Origin: an uncultured Clostridia bacterium
GTDB taxonomy: Bacteria > Bacillota > Clostridia > TANB77 > CAG-508
NCBI GenBank assembly: GCA_944387545.1
Contig: CALXFE010000007.1
Location: forward strand, 2,357-66,356
Direction of reading: 5' to 3'
DNA: 64,000 nt
Shown: positions 1 to 9,279 of the stretch, piece by piece
Numbering within the stretch: position 1 is the stretch's first letter
Layout of the letters: every line of letters begins with the position of its first letter
The notes under the pieces: model-generated
Databases searched by the model: none
What the model was told of the DNA's origin: nothing
The model's input: only the letters and a program-made list of their open reading frames with translations
Program-made: the position numbers and the translations under genes

Positions 1-732
1 TTATTACCAATATTATTATTAACAATTGGTTTTGGATTGATAGGATTTATAGATGATTTTAAGAAACTTGTATTAAAAAACACAGAAGGATTAAAGCCAA
101 GTTATAAAATGATAGGATTACTGATTATTTCAGTAGCATATGTTATTTACTTAGTATATGGATTAAAAATAGGAACAGAAACCTATATTCCCATCTTAAA
201 AACATATATAGATATGCCAATATATTTATATATACCATTTGCAATAATTGTTATATTAGGTGCAACAAATGCAGTTAATTTAACAGATGGAATAGATGGA
301 TTATCTTCTAGTGTATGTGCAATTATTATAACTTGCTTAGCAATTATAGGAATTACTTCACAAGTATATGAGGTATCTATATTTGCTAGTATGGTTATAG
401 GAGCAATTCTTGGATTTTTAATGTTTAATATCCATCCAGCTAAAGTTTTCATGGGAGATACGGGTTCTCTAATGCTAGGAGGCGTTATATCAGGATTAGC
501 GTTATATTTAAAAATGCCATTATTACTTATTGTAATTGCATTAGTTCCAGTGATAGAAACCTTATCAGTAATCATACAAGTAGGATATTTCAAAAAGACA
601 GGAAAAAGATTTTTCAAAATGGCACCATTGCATCATCATTTTGAATTATCTGGTTGGAAAGAAAATAAAGTGGTTATTGTATTTAGTGTGGTAACATTAC
701 TATTATGTGTCATTGGACTAAAGATAATATAA
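1..732 (+). CDS. mraY: Phospho-N-acetylmuramoyl-pentapeptide transferase MraY (5' end outside window)
   Basis: Frame is open from nt 1. Motifs GFIDDFKK, NAVNLTDGIDGL, MGDTGSLMLGG and APLHHHFE. Multi-TM protein that heads the mraY-ftsW-murG block. Confidence 0.9.
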   Translation, partial: LLPILLLTIGFGLIGFIDDFKKLVLKNTEGLKPSYKMIGLLIISVAYVIYLVYGLKIGTETYIPILKTYIDMPIYLYIPFAIIVILGATNAVNLTDGIDGLSSSVCAIIITCLAIIGITSQVYEVSIFASMVIGAILGFLMFNIHPAKVFMGDTGSLMLGGVISGLALYLKMPLLLIVIALVPVIETLSVIIQVGYFKKTGKRFFKMAPLHHHFELSGWKENKVVIVFSVVTLLLCVIGLKII

Positions 733-854
733 CATAAGTATGTAGTAACAAAATCAATAATTTTGCAGATTTTTTTATACGATAATGAAAAGGACAAAAG
801 AAAAGGTTGAAAAAATTAATTCTTTTCCAACCATATTTGTGTCTTGAGAAAGGA

Positions 855-2000
855 ATGATAATAAGAATGACAAAAAAGAAAGGAAAGAGTTTTTCAAGCT
901 TTCTAAAAAATCCAATAGATTTTACATTATTGATAACAATATTGTTATTATTATCCATAGGGCTAATCATGTTACTTTCAGCAAGTTCTCCATCAGCACT
1001 TTCTGAAAGTGGAAATAGTTATGCATACTTTTTTAGGCAAGCTATTTTCGCAGTGGCAGGATTGTTTATGATGTGGGTAATATCCAATATTGATTATCGA
1101 TTTTATCAAAAATATTATAAGCTAGCCTATATTGTTGCATTTTTATTATTATTGGCAGTACCATTTATAGGAAGGACTGTTAATGGAGCGAAAAGATGGA
1201 TTTATGTAACAGACACACTATCTGTTCAACCATCTGAATTTGCTAAAATATTAATGATAATATTTTATGCAGCCATATTAGTAAAAAATAGAGATGAATT
1301 AGACAAATACGGAAAAGGTTTTATAAAACATTTACTATTGTTAGCACCAATTATCATATTATTATTATTAGAACCGCATTTTAGTGCTTCAATGGTTATT
1401 ATAGGAATTGTAGCCATTATGATGATTATTGCAGGATGTAAGTTTTGGCACTTCCTTGTGACCGGTATGGTTGTAGGAGTACCTGGGATTGTAGCATTAG
1501 TTTTATTAGAACCTTACAGATTACAAAGAGTAATGACCTTTTTAAATCCATGGAGTGATCCAACAGGTGACGGATGGCAGGTTATACAAAGTTTATATGC
1601 TATTGGGTCTGGTGGATTATTTGGAGCAGGATTGGGAGAAAGTAAACAAAAATATTTATATATTCCAGAACCACATAATGATTTCATATTTTCTATATTA
1701 GGGGAAGAACTAGGGTTTATTGGATGTGCAATCGTTATCATCTTATTTGGAATATTTATATGGAGAGGAATATTAATTGCGATGAGATCACCAAATATGT
1801 TTGGTAGCTTAATTGCAATTGGTATAACGGCACAGATAGCCATACAAGTAATTATTAATATTGCAGTTGTAACCTCATCAATGCCAGCAACAGGAATGCC
1901 ATTACCATTCTTTAGTTATGGAGGTACATCACTATTTATATTACTCTGCGAGATGGGAATACTCTTAAACATTTCGAAAGCAGGGGCGAAAGGGGATTAA
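855..2000 (+). CDS. ftsW: SEDS-family peptidoglycan glycosyltransferase (FtsW/SpoVE type)
   Basis: About 10 TM segments. Motifs QPSEFAK, GLGESKQKYLYIPEPHNDFIF and PLPFFSYGGTS. Lies between mraY and murG. ORF opens at 807; the ATG at 855 follows a GAGAAAGGA RBS. Confidence 0.85.
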   Translation: MIIRMTKKKGKSFSSFLKNPIDFTLLITILLLLSIGLIMLLSASSPSALSESGNSYAYFFRQAIFAVAGLFMMWVISNIDYRFYQKYYKLAYIVAFLLLLAVPFIGRTVNGAKRWIYVTDTLSVQPSEFAKILMIIFYAAILVKNRDELDKYGKGFIKHLLLLAPIIILLLLEPHFSASMVIIGIVAIMMIIAGCKFWHFLVTGMVVGVPGIVALVLLEPYRLQRVMTFLNPWSDPTGDGWQVIQSLYAIGSGGLFGAGLGESKQKYLYIPEPHNDFIFSILGEELGFIGCAIVIILFGIFIWRGILIAMRSPNMFGSLIAIGITAQIAIQVIINIAVVTSSMPATGMPLPFFSYGGTSLFILLCEMGILLNISKAGAKGD

Positions 2001-2086
2001 GGGTGTATTTCTTTAATCCCTATTTTATTAAAAAGGGATTTTGGAAACAGAGACAAAAATTCCTCAAAATTTTCAGCAAGAAAGGA

Positions 2087-3226
2087 ATGATAGTAAAAAT
2101 GAAAGTTGTTATAGCAGCAGCAGGAACAGCAGGACATATCAATCCAGGTTTAGCAATAGCAAAAAAAATACAAGAAGAAGAAAAAAATTCACAAATTATT
2201 TTTATAGGAACAACAAGAGGTTTAGAGAATGACTTAGTCCCAAGAGCAGGATATGAATTAAAAACAATAGAAGCATATGGGCTAAGCAAAAAAATTTCCA
2301 TTGAAAATATAAAAAAAATGATAAAAACTTTAAAAGGATTTGGGGAAGCTAAAAAAATATTAAAAGAAATAAAGCCAGATATTGTAATAGGAACAGGGGG
2401 CTATATTTGTGGTGCTACTATATCAGCAGCACATAGTTTAAAAATTCCGACATTGTTACATGAAAGTAATGCTTTCCCTGGAAAGGCAGTTAAAATGTTG
2501 GCAAGAAAAACAGATACGATTTTAGTTTCTTTTGAAGATGCCATTGGAAGAATAAAGAATGCCAAAAAAATTGTTTATACAGGGACACCTGTAAAGATAA
2601 AAAAACAAAATTATACACTAGAGCAAAAATATGAAATTATAAAAAAAGTAAGTCTAAAAGAGGATATGCCAATAGCGCTAGTATTTGGAGGAAGTCAAGG
2701 TGCAAGAAGAATTAATCAAGCAATTATCGAAATTATAAAAATAGGAAGTAATAAAAATTATCAAATCATCTGGGCGACCGGTCCAAAACAATATGACATT
2801 ATAAAAGAAGAATTAGAAAATAATAATATTTCTATAAATCACATAGATAATATGAAAATCATTCCATACATATATAATATGGAAGAAATCATGAATGTAG
2901 TAGATGTTATTGTTGCTAGAAGTGGAGCTATGACAATTACAGAAATATCTAAAGTAGGAAAACCATCTATTTTAGTACCCTTACCAAATGTAAGTCATGA
3001 CCACCAATTATATAATGCAAAAGTTTTACAAAATGTTGGCGCGGCAGATATTATATTAGATAATGCATTAAATGGAGAAAAGTTAAATACGTATATAGAA
3101 AAAATTGTATTAGATAAACATAAATGTGAAACAATGGGAAACAATGCATTAAAAGTGTCTATAGATGATGTAGAAAACAAAATCTATGAACAAATAATAG
3201 AAACTATAAAAAACAAAAAATCATAA
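2087..3226 (+). CDS. murG: UDP-GlcNAc:lipid I GlcNAc transferase MurG
   Basis: Motifs AAAGTAGHINPGLA, FGGSQGA and ARSGAMTITE. ORF opens at 2003, but the ATGs at 2087 or 2099 match the usual MurG N-terminus. Confidence 0.9.
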   Translation: MIVKMKVVIAAAGTAGHINPGLAIAKKIQEEEKNSQIIFIGTTRGLENDLVPRAGYELKTIEAYGLSKKISIENIKKMIKTLKGFGEAKKILKEIKPDIVIGTGGYICGATISAAHSLKIPTLLHESNAFPGKAVKMLARKTDTILVSFEDAIGRIKNAKKIVYTGTPVKIKKQNYTLEQKYEIIKKVSLKEDMPIALVFGGSQGARRINQAIIEIIKIGSNKNYQIIWATGPKQYDIIKEELENNNISINHIDNMKIIPYIYNMEEIMNVVDVIVARSGAMTITEISKVGKPSILVPLPNVSHDHQLYNAKVLQNVGAADIILDNALNGEKLNTYIEKIVLDKHKCETMGNNALKVSIDDVENKIYEQIIETIKNKKS

Positions 3227-4707
3227 TGAGAGGGAAAACAATGATTAAAAGTATTCAATTTAAAATAATAGTTGTATTTTTCTTAATAGGAATTATTATT
3301 ATCACAGGGTTAGGTGTGGTATATATAAATTCAATAAATAATTTAGAAATAAATCTTAGCAATAGAGAAATAGGAAATCTGACAGAACTTACACAATATA
3401 TACAACAGATGAGACATATAAATATTACGGCACTAAGTATAGCGGCAATTGTATTTTTTATAGGAGGAATTTTAATAGCAATTGTTTTGTCTAGATTTGT
3501 CATATATCCGATTAATAAATTAATAAAAAGTGCAGAGAAGATAACAGAGGAGGAAAAAAGAAGAGCATCATCCACAACATCGAAAGAAAATTTGAAAAAA
3601 CTAAAAAATAAAAAAGATACAGTAAGCATAGAAGACGTATTAGGAACAATGACAAAAGAATTAAAAGAAAAATTAAGTGAGGTTTCTACACAAAAAAATC
3701 AAATAGAGACCATTCTTTTACATATGACAGATGGAATTATTGCGTTTAATATGGAAGGTGAAATTATATTAATTAATCCAGCTGCTAAGAAATTTTTAAG
3801 CATCAGACCAGAGGATATAACATTTGATGATATTTTTTCTAAATTTAAATTAGGAATTAACATGGAAAAAATTATATATTTGGAAAACTGGACATCAACA
3901 GAGCAAAGAATACAAGTAGAAGATAAGTATATGAATGTGTTTTTTGCACCGTTTAAAAATGAATCAGATAGACCAAATGGTGTGATAGCACTTATCCAAG
4001 ATATAACAGAACATGTAAGATTAGACAATATGCAAAAAGAATTTGTGGCAGATGTATCCCATGAATTAAAAACGCCAATTACATCTATTATGGGATATGC
4101 AGACACATTGTTAGAAGGAGAATATGATAAAGAAACACAAGAAAAATTTTTAAATGTAATTGCATCAGAAGCGAGAAGAATGGCAAGACTAGTAACAGAT
4201 TTGTTAACTTTATCAAGATATGATAATAATAAAAATAAAGTAAAAAAAGAATCTTTTGATTTAGGGGAATTGGTAAAGAAATGTCAAGATAAATTAGCAA
4301 TAGAAATCAAAAAGAAAAATCATATAGTCAATTCTTTTGTAACAGCAGATGTGCCACCTGTTTATGCTGATAAAGATGATATAGAAAGGGTTATTTTAAA
4401 TATATTAACAAATAGTATAAAATATACACCAGAGGGTGGAGAAATTAAAATATATGTTGGTTTTGTATATAATGATGCTTACATAAAAATTTTTGACAAT
4501 GGAATCGGAATACCAGAAGAAGATTTATCAAGAATTTTTGAAAGATTTTATAGAGTAGATAAAGCACGTACCAGAGAAATGGGAGGAACAGGATTAGGAC
4601 TTTCGATAGCAAAAGAGATACTAGATAAAAACGGTGGAAGCATAGATATAAAAAGTACAGTAGGACAAGGTACAGAGGTAGTTATCAGAATACCAACAAA
4701 AGAATAG
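3226..4707 (+). CDS. Sensor histidine kinase (TM, PAS-like, HisKA, HATPase)
   Basis: Two N-terminal TM segments. H-box SHELKTPITSI; N/G boxes NSIKYT, DNGIGIP and GGTGLGLSIAK. Alternative start at ATG 3241 behind GAGAGGGA. Confidence 0.85.
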   Translation: MRGKTMIKSIQFKIIVVFFLIGIIIITGLGVVYINSINNLEINLSNREIGNLTELTQYIQQMRHINITALSIAAIVFFIGGILIAIVLSRFVIYPINKLIKSAEKITEEEKRRASSTTSKENLKKLKNKKDTVSIEDVLGTMTKELKEKLSEVSTQKNQIETILLHMTDGIIAFNMEGEIILINPAAKKFLSIRPEDITFDDIFSKFKLGINMEKIIYLENWTSTEQRIQVEDKYMNVFFAPFKNESDRPNGVIALIQDITEHVRLDNMQKEFVADVSHELKTPITSIMGYADTLLEGEYDKETQEKFLNVIASEARRMARLVTDLLTLSRYDNNKNKVKKESFDLGELVKKCQDKLAIEIKKKNHIVNSFVTADVPPVYADKDDIERVILNILTNSIKYTPEGGEIKIYVGFVYNDAYIKIFDNGIGIPEEDLSRIFERFYRVDKARTREMGGTGLGLSIAKEILDKNGGSIDIKSTVGQGTEVVIRIPTKE

Positions 4708-4752
4708 AATCAATTAGAAATAGGAACAATTCAAAAAATATTTATGATTCGA

Positions 4753-4781
4753 TTGAATTTTGAAAAAACATAAGGTATAAT
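4753..4781 (+). promoter_or_regulatory. Sigma-A type promoter upstream of lepB
   Basis: TTGAAT (4753-4758), exactly 17 nt, then TATAAT (4776-4781), about 35 nt before the lepB start. Confidence 0.6.
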
Positions 4782-4817
4782 AGATAAGATTCTAAAAGTT
4801 AAAGGAGCGAGAGAAAA

Positions 4818-5456
4818 TTGAATCCAAAGATAAAAGAAGCATTAGAATGGGGATATTGTATAATTATAGCAGTGGTTCTAGCGTTACTATTTAGATATTT
4901 TATAGGAACACCAACTATCGTGAAACAAGTATCTATGTATCCAACATTAGAACAAAACCAAAGATTATGGTTAAATAGATGGACAAGAACTACCAAAAAA
5001 ATGCCAGAAAGAGGACAAATTATTACATTTGAAGCACCAACACAAAAATCATTTACGAGTTCAGAAATCGATAATACTCAACCCATTGCTAGATATGAAA
5101 ATGAGCCAACCAATCTATTTAGCAGATTTGTAAAATACGTGTTAGAGATTGGAAAGGAAAGTTATATAAAAAGAGTGATTGCGCTTCCAGGAGAGCATGT
5201 AGAAATTAAAGAAGGAAAAGTATTTATAGATGGTGAAGAATTAGAGGAGCCATATTTACAAAAAGGTGTCGTTACAGATGTAGCTGGTACTGGATTTTCA
5301 GACTTTGTGGTTCCAGAAAATACGGTTTTTGCCATGGGAGATAATAGAACACATAGTACGGATTGCAGGGTATTTGGATGTATACCATTGGAAAAAATAG
5401 AAAGTACAGTTGCAATAAGAATATGGCCATTAAATAAATGGGGACATGTAGATTAA
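4818..5456 (+). CDS. lepB: Signal peptidase I
   Basis: N-terminal TM segment. SMYPTL (catalytic Ser box), KRVIALPGE and GDNRTHSTDCR boxes. TTG start behind AAAGGAG. Confidence 0.9.
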   Translation: MNPKIKEALEWGYCIIIAVVLALLFRYFIGTPTIVKQVSMYPTLEQNQRLWLNRWTRTTKKMPERGQIITFEAPTQKSFTSSEIDNTQPIARYENEPTNLFSRFVKYVLEIGKESYIKRVIALPGEHVEIKEGKVFIDGEELEEPYLQKGVVTDVAGTGFSDFVVPENTVFAMGDNRTHSTDCRVFGCIPLEKIESTVAIRIWPLNKWGHVD

Positions 5457-5460
5457 AAAA

Positions 5461-5485
5461 TAGAGACGTAAGGTCTCTATTTTTT
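5461..5485 (+). terminator. Intrinsic terminator after lepB
   Basis: TAGAGAC-GTAAG-GTCTCTA hairpin followed by a T-run. Confidence 0.75.
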
Positions 5486-5498
5486 AAGGCCTTTGTTC

Positions 5499-5527
5499 TT
5501 GAAAAATCAATTGTTTTAGTATATAAT
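5499..5527 (+). promoter_or_regulatory. Sigma-A type promoter upstream of holB
   Basis: TTGAAA (5499-5504), 17 nt, then TATAAT (5522-5527). Confidence 0.55.
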
Positions 5528-5561
5528 AGTAGCGGTTAGAAAAGAAGGAGCGAAATCATTA

Positions 5562-6455
5562 ATGTTTGATGAGATTATTGGAAATGAACAAATAAAAAAA
5601 GAATTAAAAAAAGCATTAGAAGAAAATAAAGTATCACATAGCTATATGTTTATTGGAATAGAAGGAATTGGAAAACAGATGATAGCTAAAGATTTTGCTC
5701 AAATGATATTATGTATGAATGAAGAAAAAAAGGGATGTAATCAATGTAAATCATGTATTGAATTTCAATCCCACAATCATCCTGATTTTTTATATATAGA
5801 ACCAGATGGAAATAGCATAAAAATTGAACAAATAAGATATGTACAAAGAAAAATACAAGAAAAACCAATTATTTCAGATAAAAAAGTATATATTATAAAT
5901 GATGCAGACAAGATGACAACAGAAGCACAAAACTGTCTATTGAAAACATTAGAAGAACCACCAGAATATAGTATAATTATTTTAATAGGAAACAATGAAA
6001 ATGGATTTTTAAATACAATACGATCAAGATGTATGATAATTACATTTCAACCAATTGATAATGTATTAATCCAAAAATATATAAAAAAAGAATATGGAAT
6101 AGATAATATTCCTGCCAATTTGTTAGAGGCTTTTGAAGGAAGTGTTGGAAAAGCCATCCTACTAAAGGATAAAAAAGAACAATATGAAAAAATTGAAAAA
6201 TTAATACAACAATTGGATAAAAAAAATATCATTGATATTTTAAAATTAAGTGAAGAAATTTGTGAAGATAAAAATGAAATTATGAATATACTTGAATATA
6301 TGAATATAATTTTGATAAAATTAGCAAAGGAAAATATAAAATATGTAAATTGTATTCATATAGTAGAAGAAACTAAAAAAAGATTGAATCAAAATGCAAA
6401 TTATGATATGAGTATAGATAATATGATATTTAATATGTGGGAGGAAATAAATTGA
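5562..6455 (+). CDS. holB: DNA polymerase III delta-prime subunit
   Basis: AAA+-like N-terminus (GIEGIGK), Zn-module CNQCKSCIEF, HPDF, LLKTLEEPP and SRC motifs. Followed by a yaaT-like gene, as in Bacillus. Confidence 0.85.
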   Translation: MFDEIIGNEQIKKELKKALEENKVSHSYMFIGIEGIGKQMIAKDFAQMILCMNEEKKGCNQCKSCIEFQSHNHPDFLYIEPDGNSIKIEQIRYVQRKIQEKPIISDKKVYIINDADKMTTEAQNCLLKTLEEPPEYSIIILIGNNENGFLNTIRSRCMIITFQPIDNVLIQKYIKKEYGIDNIPANLLEAFEGSVGKAILLKDKKEQYEKIEKLIQQLDKKNIIDILKLSEEICEDKNEIMNILEYMNIILIKLAKENIKYVNCIHIVEETKKRLNQNANYDMSIDNMIFNMWEEIN

Positions 6456-7363
6456 AGAATATCGTAGGAGTTAGATTTAAAAAACTTGGAAAAATATATT
6501 TTTTTAATCCTAAAAAATGGAAATTAAAAAAAGGAGATAAAGTTATAGTAGAGACAGCACAAGGAGAAGAATTTGGAGAAGTCATGATTCCTAATAGAAT
6601 TGTTCCAGAGGATAAAATTGTGGAACCATTGAAAACTGTTGTAAGAATTGCAAATGGAAAAGATTATAAACACTATGAGGAATGTAGAGCGTTAGAAAAA
6701 AAAGCCTTTGAAACATGTAAAAAGAAAATCAAAGAACATAAATTAGAAATGACACTAACAGACGTAGAAGTGAAATTTGATAATAGTAAAATCTTATTTT
6801 ATTTTACAGCAGATGGGAGAATTGATTTTAGAGAATTAGTAAAAGATTTGGCAGCAATTTATAAAACAAGAATAGAATTAAGACAAATTGGAGTAAGAGA
6901 CGAAATAAAAAAAATAGGTGGAAATGGTGTTTGTGGAAGAGAACTATGCTGTTGTACCTTTTTAAATGATTTTGAAGCAGTATCTATAAAAATGGCGAAA
7001 GAACAAAATATATCATTAAATCCATCAAAAATATCAGGAAACTGTGGAAGACTAATGTGCTGTTTAAAATATGAGAGTGAAGTCTATGAGGAAAAATTAA
7101 AAAGACTACCACATATAGGTGCTATCGTAAAAACAGAAGAAGGAGAAGGAGAAGTAGACTCAATCGAAACGCTAAAAGAAAGAGTAAGAGTAAAAATAAA
7201 AAATGGAGAAGATTACATTTATAGAAGGTATGATGTGAAAGATATTCAAGTCATAAAAGATCAAGAAAAAGAAAGACTAGACCAAGAAGAAATAGAACAT
7301 CAAAAAGAATTAGAAGAGTTAGAAAATCTAGAAAAAGAAGATGAAGGAATGAGAGAAGAATAA
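6452..7363 (+). CDS. ricT: PSP1-domain protein (YaaT/RicT-like, stage 0 sporulation)
   Basis: N-terminus (M)KNIVGVRFKKLGKIYFF matches the YaaT type. Cys cluster GVCGRELCCCTFL...CGRLMCCLKYE. TTG at 6452 lies 7 nt after GGGAGG (ORF track starts at 6437). Confidence 0.8.
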   Translation: MKNIVGVRFKKLGKIYFFNPKKWKLKKGDKVIVETAQGEEFGEVMIPNRIVPEDKIVEPLKTVVRIANGKDYKHYEECRALEKKAFETCKKKIKEHKLEMTLTDVEVKFDNSKILFYFTADGRIDFRELVKDLAAIYKTRIELRQIGVRDEIKKIGGNGVCGRELCCCTFLNDFEAVSIKMAKEQNISLNPSKISGNCGRLMCCLKYESEVYEEKLKRLPHIGAIVKTEEGEGEVDSIETLKERVRVKIKNGEDYIYRRYDVKDIQVIKDQEKERLDQEEIEHQKELEELENLEKEDEGMREE

Positions 7364-7403
7364 AATACTATAAACAGTTGAAACATTAAAGGAGGTGAAA
7401 TAG

Positions 7404-7574
7404 ATGGCATATAAAATAACAGATAAATGTATATCATGTGGAGCTTGTGCTGCTGAATGTCCAGTTGGATGCATATCACAAGGAGATGATAAATTTGTAA
7501 TTGATCAATCTGCTTGCATTAGCTGTGGAACTTGTGCAGGTGTTTGCCCAGTAGAAGCACCAGTTGAAGAATAA
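7404..7574 (+). CDS. fdx: 2x[4Fe-4S] ferredoxin (56 aa)
   Basis: Not in the ORF track (<60 aa). GGAGGTG RBS. Translation MAYKITDKCISCGACAAECPVGC...CISCGTCAGVCPVEAP carries two CxxCxxCxxxCP motifs. Confidence 0.85.
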   Translation: MAYKITDKCISCGACAAECPVGCISQGDDKFVIDQSACISCGTCAGVCPVEAPVEE

Positions 7575-7580
7575 GCAAAA

Positions 7581-7611
7581 AGGGATTTTGGGGATTTAAC
7601 TCAAAATCCCT
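7581..7611 (+). terminator. Hairpin after fdx (member of a two-copy hairpin family)
   Basis: AGGGATTTT / AAAATCCCT stem with a 13-nt loop. Near-identical arms recur at 56785-56813. Confidence 0.5.
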
Positions 7612-7635
7612 TTCATAGTAAAAGGAGAAATAAAA

Positions 7636-8284
7636 ATGGAAACTTTAATAGTGTCAGGTGGATATATATATATGGAACAATTAAAAATGTATTGTGAAAG
7701 GCATGTACGGTCAAAATATAATTGCAGGCGATAGAGGATTAGAGGCATTATATCAACTAGAACTGATACCAAATCATGTAGTAGGAGATTTTGATTCTGT
7801 TTCTCCTGAAATTTTAGCATTTTATAAAAATCAGCCACAAATTATTTTTCATACATATAATGCTGAAAAAGATAATACAGATACAGATATTGCTTTAAAG
7901 CTAGCAATTCAACTAAAAAGTTCTAAAATCACCATTTTAGGAGCATTAGGGAAGAGAATGGATCATGCGCTAGCCAATATTCATATATTAAAAGATGCAT
8001 TAGAAGCAAATATTCCATGCCAAATTTTAGATAAATATAATCGAATTTATTTAATAAATAGAGAAATTACATTAAAGAAAGATGAGGTTTATGGAAAATA
8101 TATATCCTTAATTCCTTTAACGAATGAAGTAGAGGGATTGACGTTAACTGGTTTTAAATATCCTTTAAATGATTATACATTGCCAATAGGAACCAGTTTA
8201 GGAGTTAGTAATGAAATCATAAAGGATACAGCACATATTAAAATGGATAAAGGCATTTTGACTGTGATAGAAAGTAAGGATTAA
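7636..8284 (+). CDS. thiN: Thiamine pyrophosphokinase, frame-disrupted (+1 needed at CGG 7708-7710)
   Basis: AAAGGAG RBS, then ATG 7636 giving METLIVSGG...CERHV. This frame hits CGG and stops at 7732-7734. Reading from GGT 7709 gives GQNIIAGDRG...VVGDFDS...(ORF 7694..8284), the TPK catalytic and B1-binding domains. Confidence 0.8.
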
Positions 8285-8311
8285 AAACTCCAGCTTTAAG
8301 CTGGAGTTTTT
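8284..8311. terminator. Bidirectional terminator between thiN and porB
   Basis: AAAACTCCAGC-TTTAA-GCTGGAGTTTT; A/T runs on both sides. Confidence 0.75.
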
Positions 8312-8322
8312 ATATTATATAT

Positions 8323-9279
8323 TTATTTATTCTTGTTTGTGATTTCTTCTAAATCTAATAATTCTTGCCATCTTTCATCAACAATTCTTTGGAAATCTTC
8401 AATCATCCACTCATTTCCAGGTTTAAACATATGTCTAAATCTTTTTTGTGGTTTTAAGAATTCTTCAATTGGTAATTTTTTAGCTGGTTTATATGAAATA
8501 TGATATACACCATTTACAACTTCATATAATGGCCAATAACAAGTTTCAACAGCAAGTTTATTGATTTTCATTAAATCTTCTGTTGGATATCCCCATCCTC
8601 TAGGACATGGTGATAATACATTTAAAAATGCTGGTCCTTCTGTATAAATTGCTTTTTCTGCCTTTTCATATAAATCTTTGAAATTCATATAGGCAATGGT
8701 TTGAGCAACATAAGGAATATGATGTCCTACCATAATTTTACTTAAGTCTTTTCTACATTGTGTTTTTCCAGGAACGACTGTTCCAGCAGGTGAGGTGGTT
8801 GTATCTGCATATTTTGGTGTTGCAGATGAACGTTGAATACCTGTATTCATGTATGCACCATTGTCATAACATACATAAACCATATCATGCCCTCTTTCCA
8901 TAGCACCTGATAAAGATTGTAAACCGATATCATATGTTCCACCATCTCCACCAAAAGCAATAAATTTTGTATCTCCATCAGCTGGTAATTTTCCTTGTTT
9001 TTTCATAGAAACATAAGCTGCTTCTGCTCCTGCAAGGGTAGCACCAGCACATTCAAATGCTGTATGAATAAATGAATCTGTCCAAGCTGTGTATGGATAT
9101 ATAAAAGTAGAAACTTCCATACATCCAGTCGCATTAGCAACAACCGCATGGTCTTCTGGTTTTAAGGCTCTCATGATATGTCTTGCAACAGGTGGAGCAC
9201 CACAACCAGCACACATTCTATGTCCAGAAGTAAATCTAGAAGGTTTATTTGCAACGATTTCTTTTAAATTGTAAGGCAT
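8323..9279 (-). CDS. porB: 2-oxoacid (pyruvate-type):ferredoxin oxidoreductase beta subunit (TPP-binding)
   Basis: Motifs CAGCG and GGDGGTYDIGLQSL (TPP motif). Last gene of a gamma-delta-alpha-beta operon. Confidence 0.8.
   Translation of the reverse strand: MPYNLKEIVANKPSRFTSGHRMCAGCGAPPVARHIMRALKPEDHAVVANATGCMEVSTFIYPYTAWTDSFIHTAFECAGATLAGAEAAYVSMKKQGKLPADGDTKFIAFGGDGGTYDIGLQSLSGAMERGHDMVYVCYDNGAYMNTGIQRSSATPKYADTTTSPAGTVVPGKTQCRKDLSKIMVGHHIPYVAQTIAYMNFKDLYEKAEKAIYTEGPAFLNVLSPCPRGWGYPTEDLMKINKLAVETCYWPLYEVVNGVYHISYKPAKKLPIEEFLKPQKRFRHMFKPGNEWMIEDFQRIVDERWQELLDLEEITNKNK

Noticed and set aside
2041-2232. 63-aa ORF in an alternative frame within the murG 5' region.
   Set aside because: It overlaps the murG coding frame, its composition is an artefact of the A-rich sequence, and it has no RBS.
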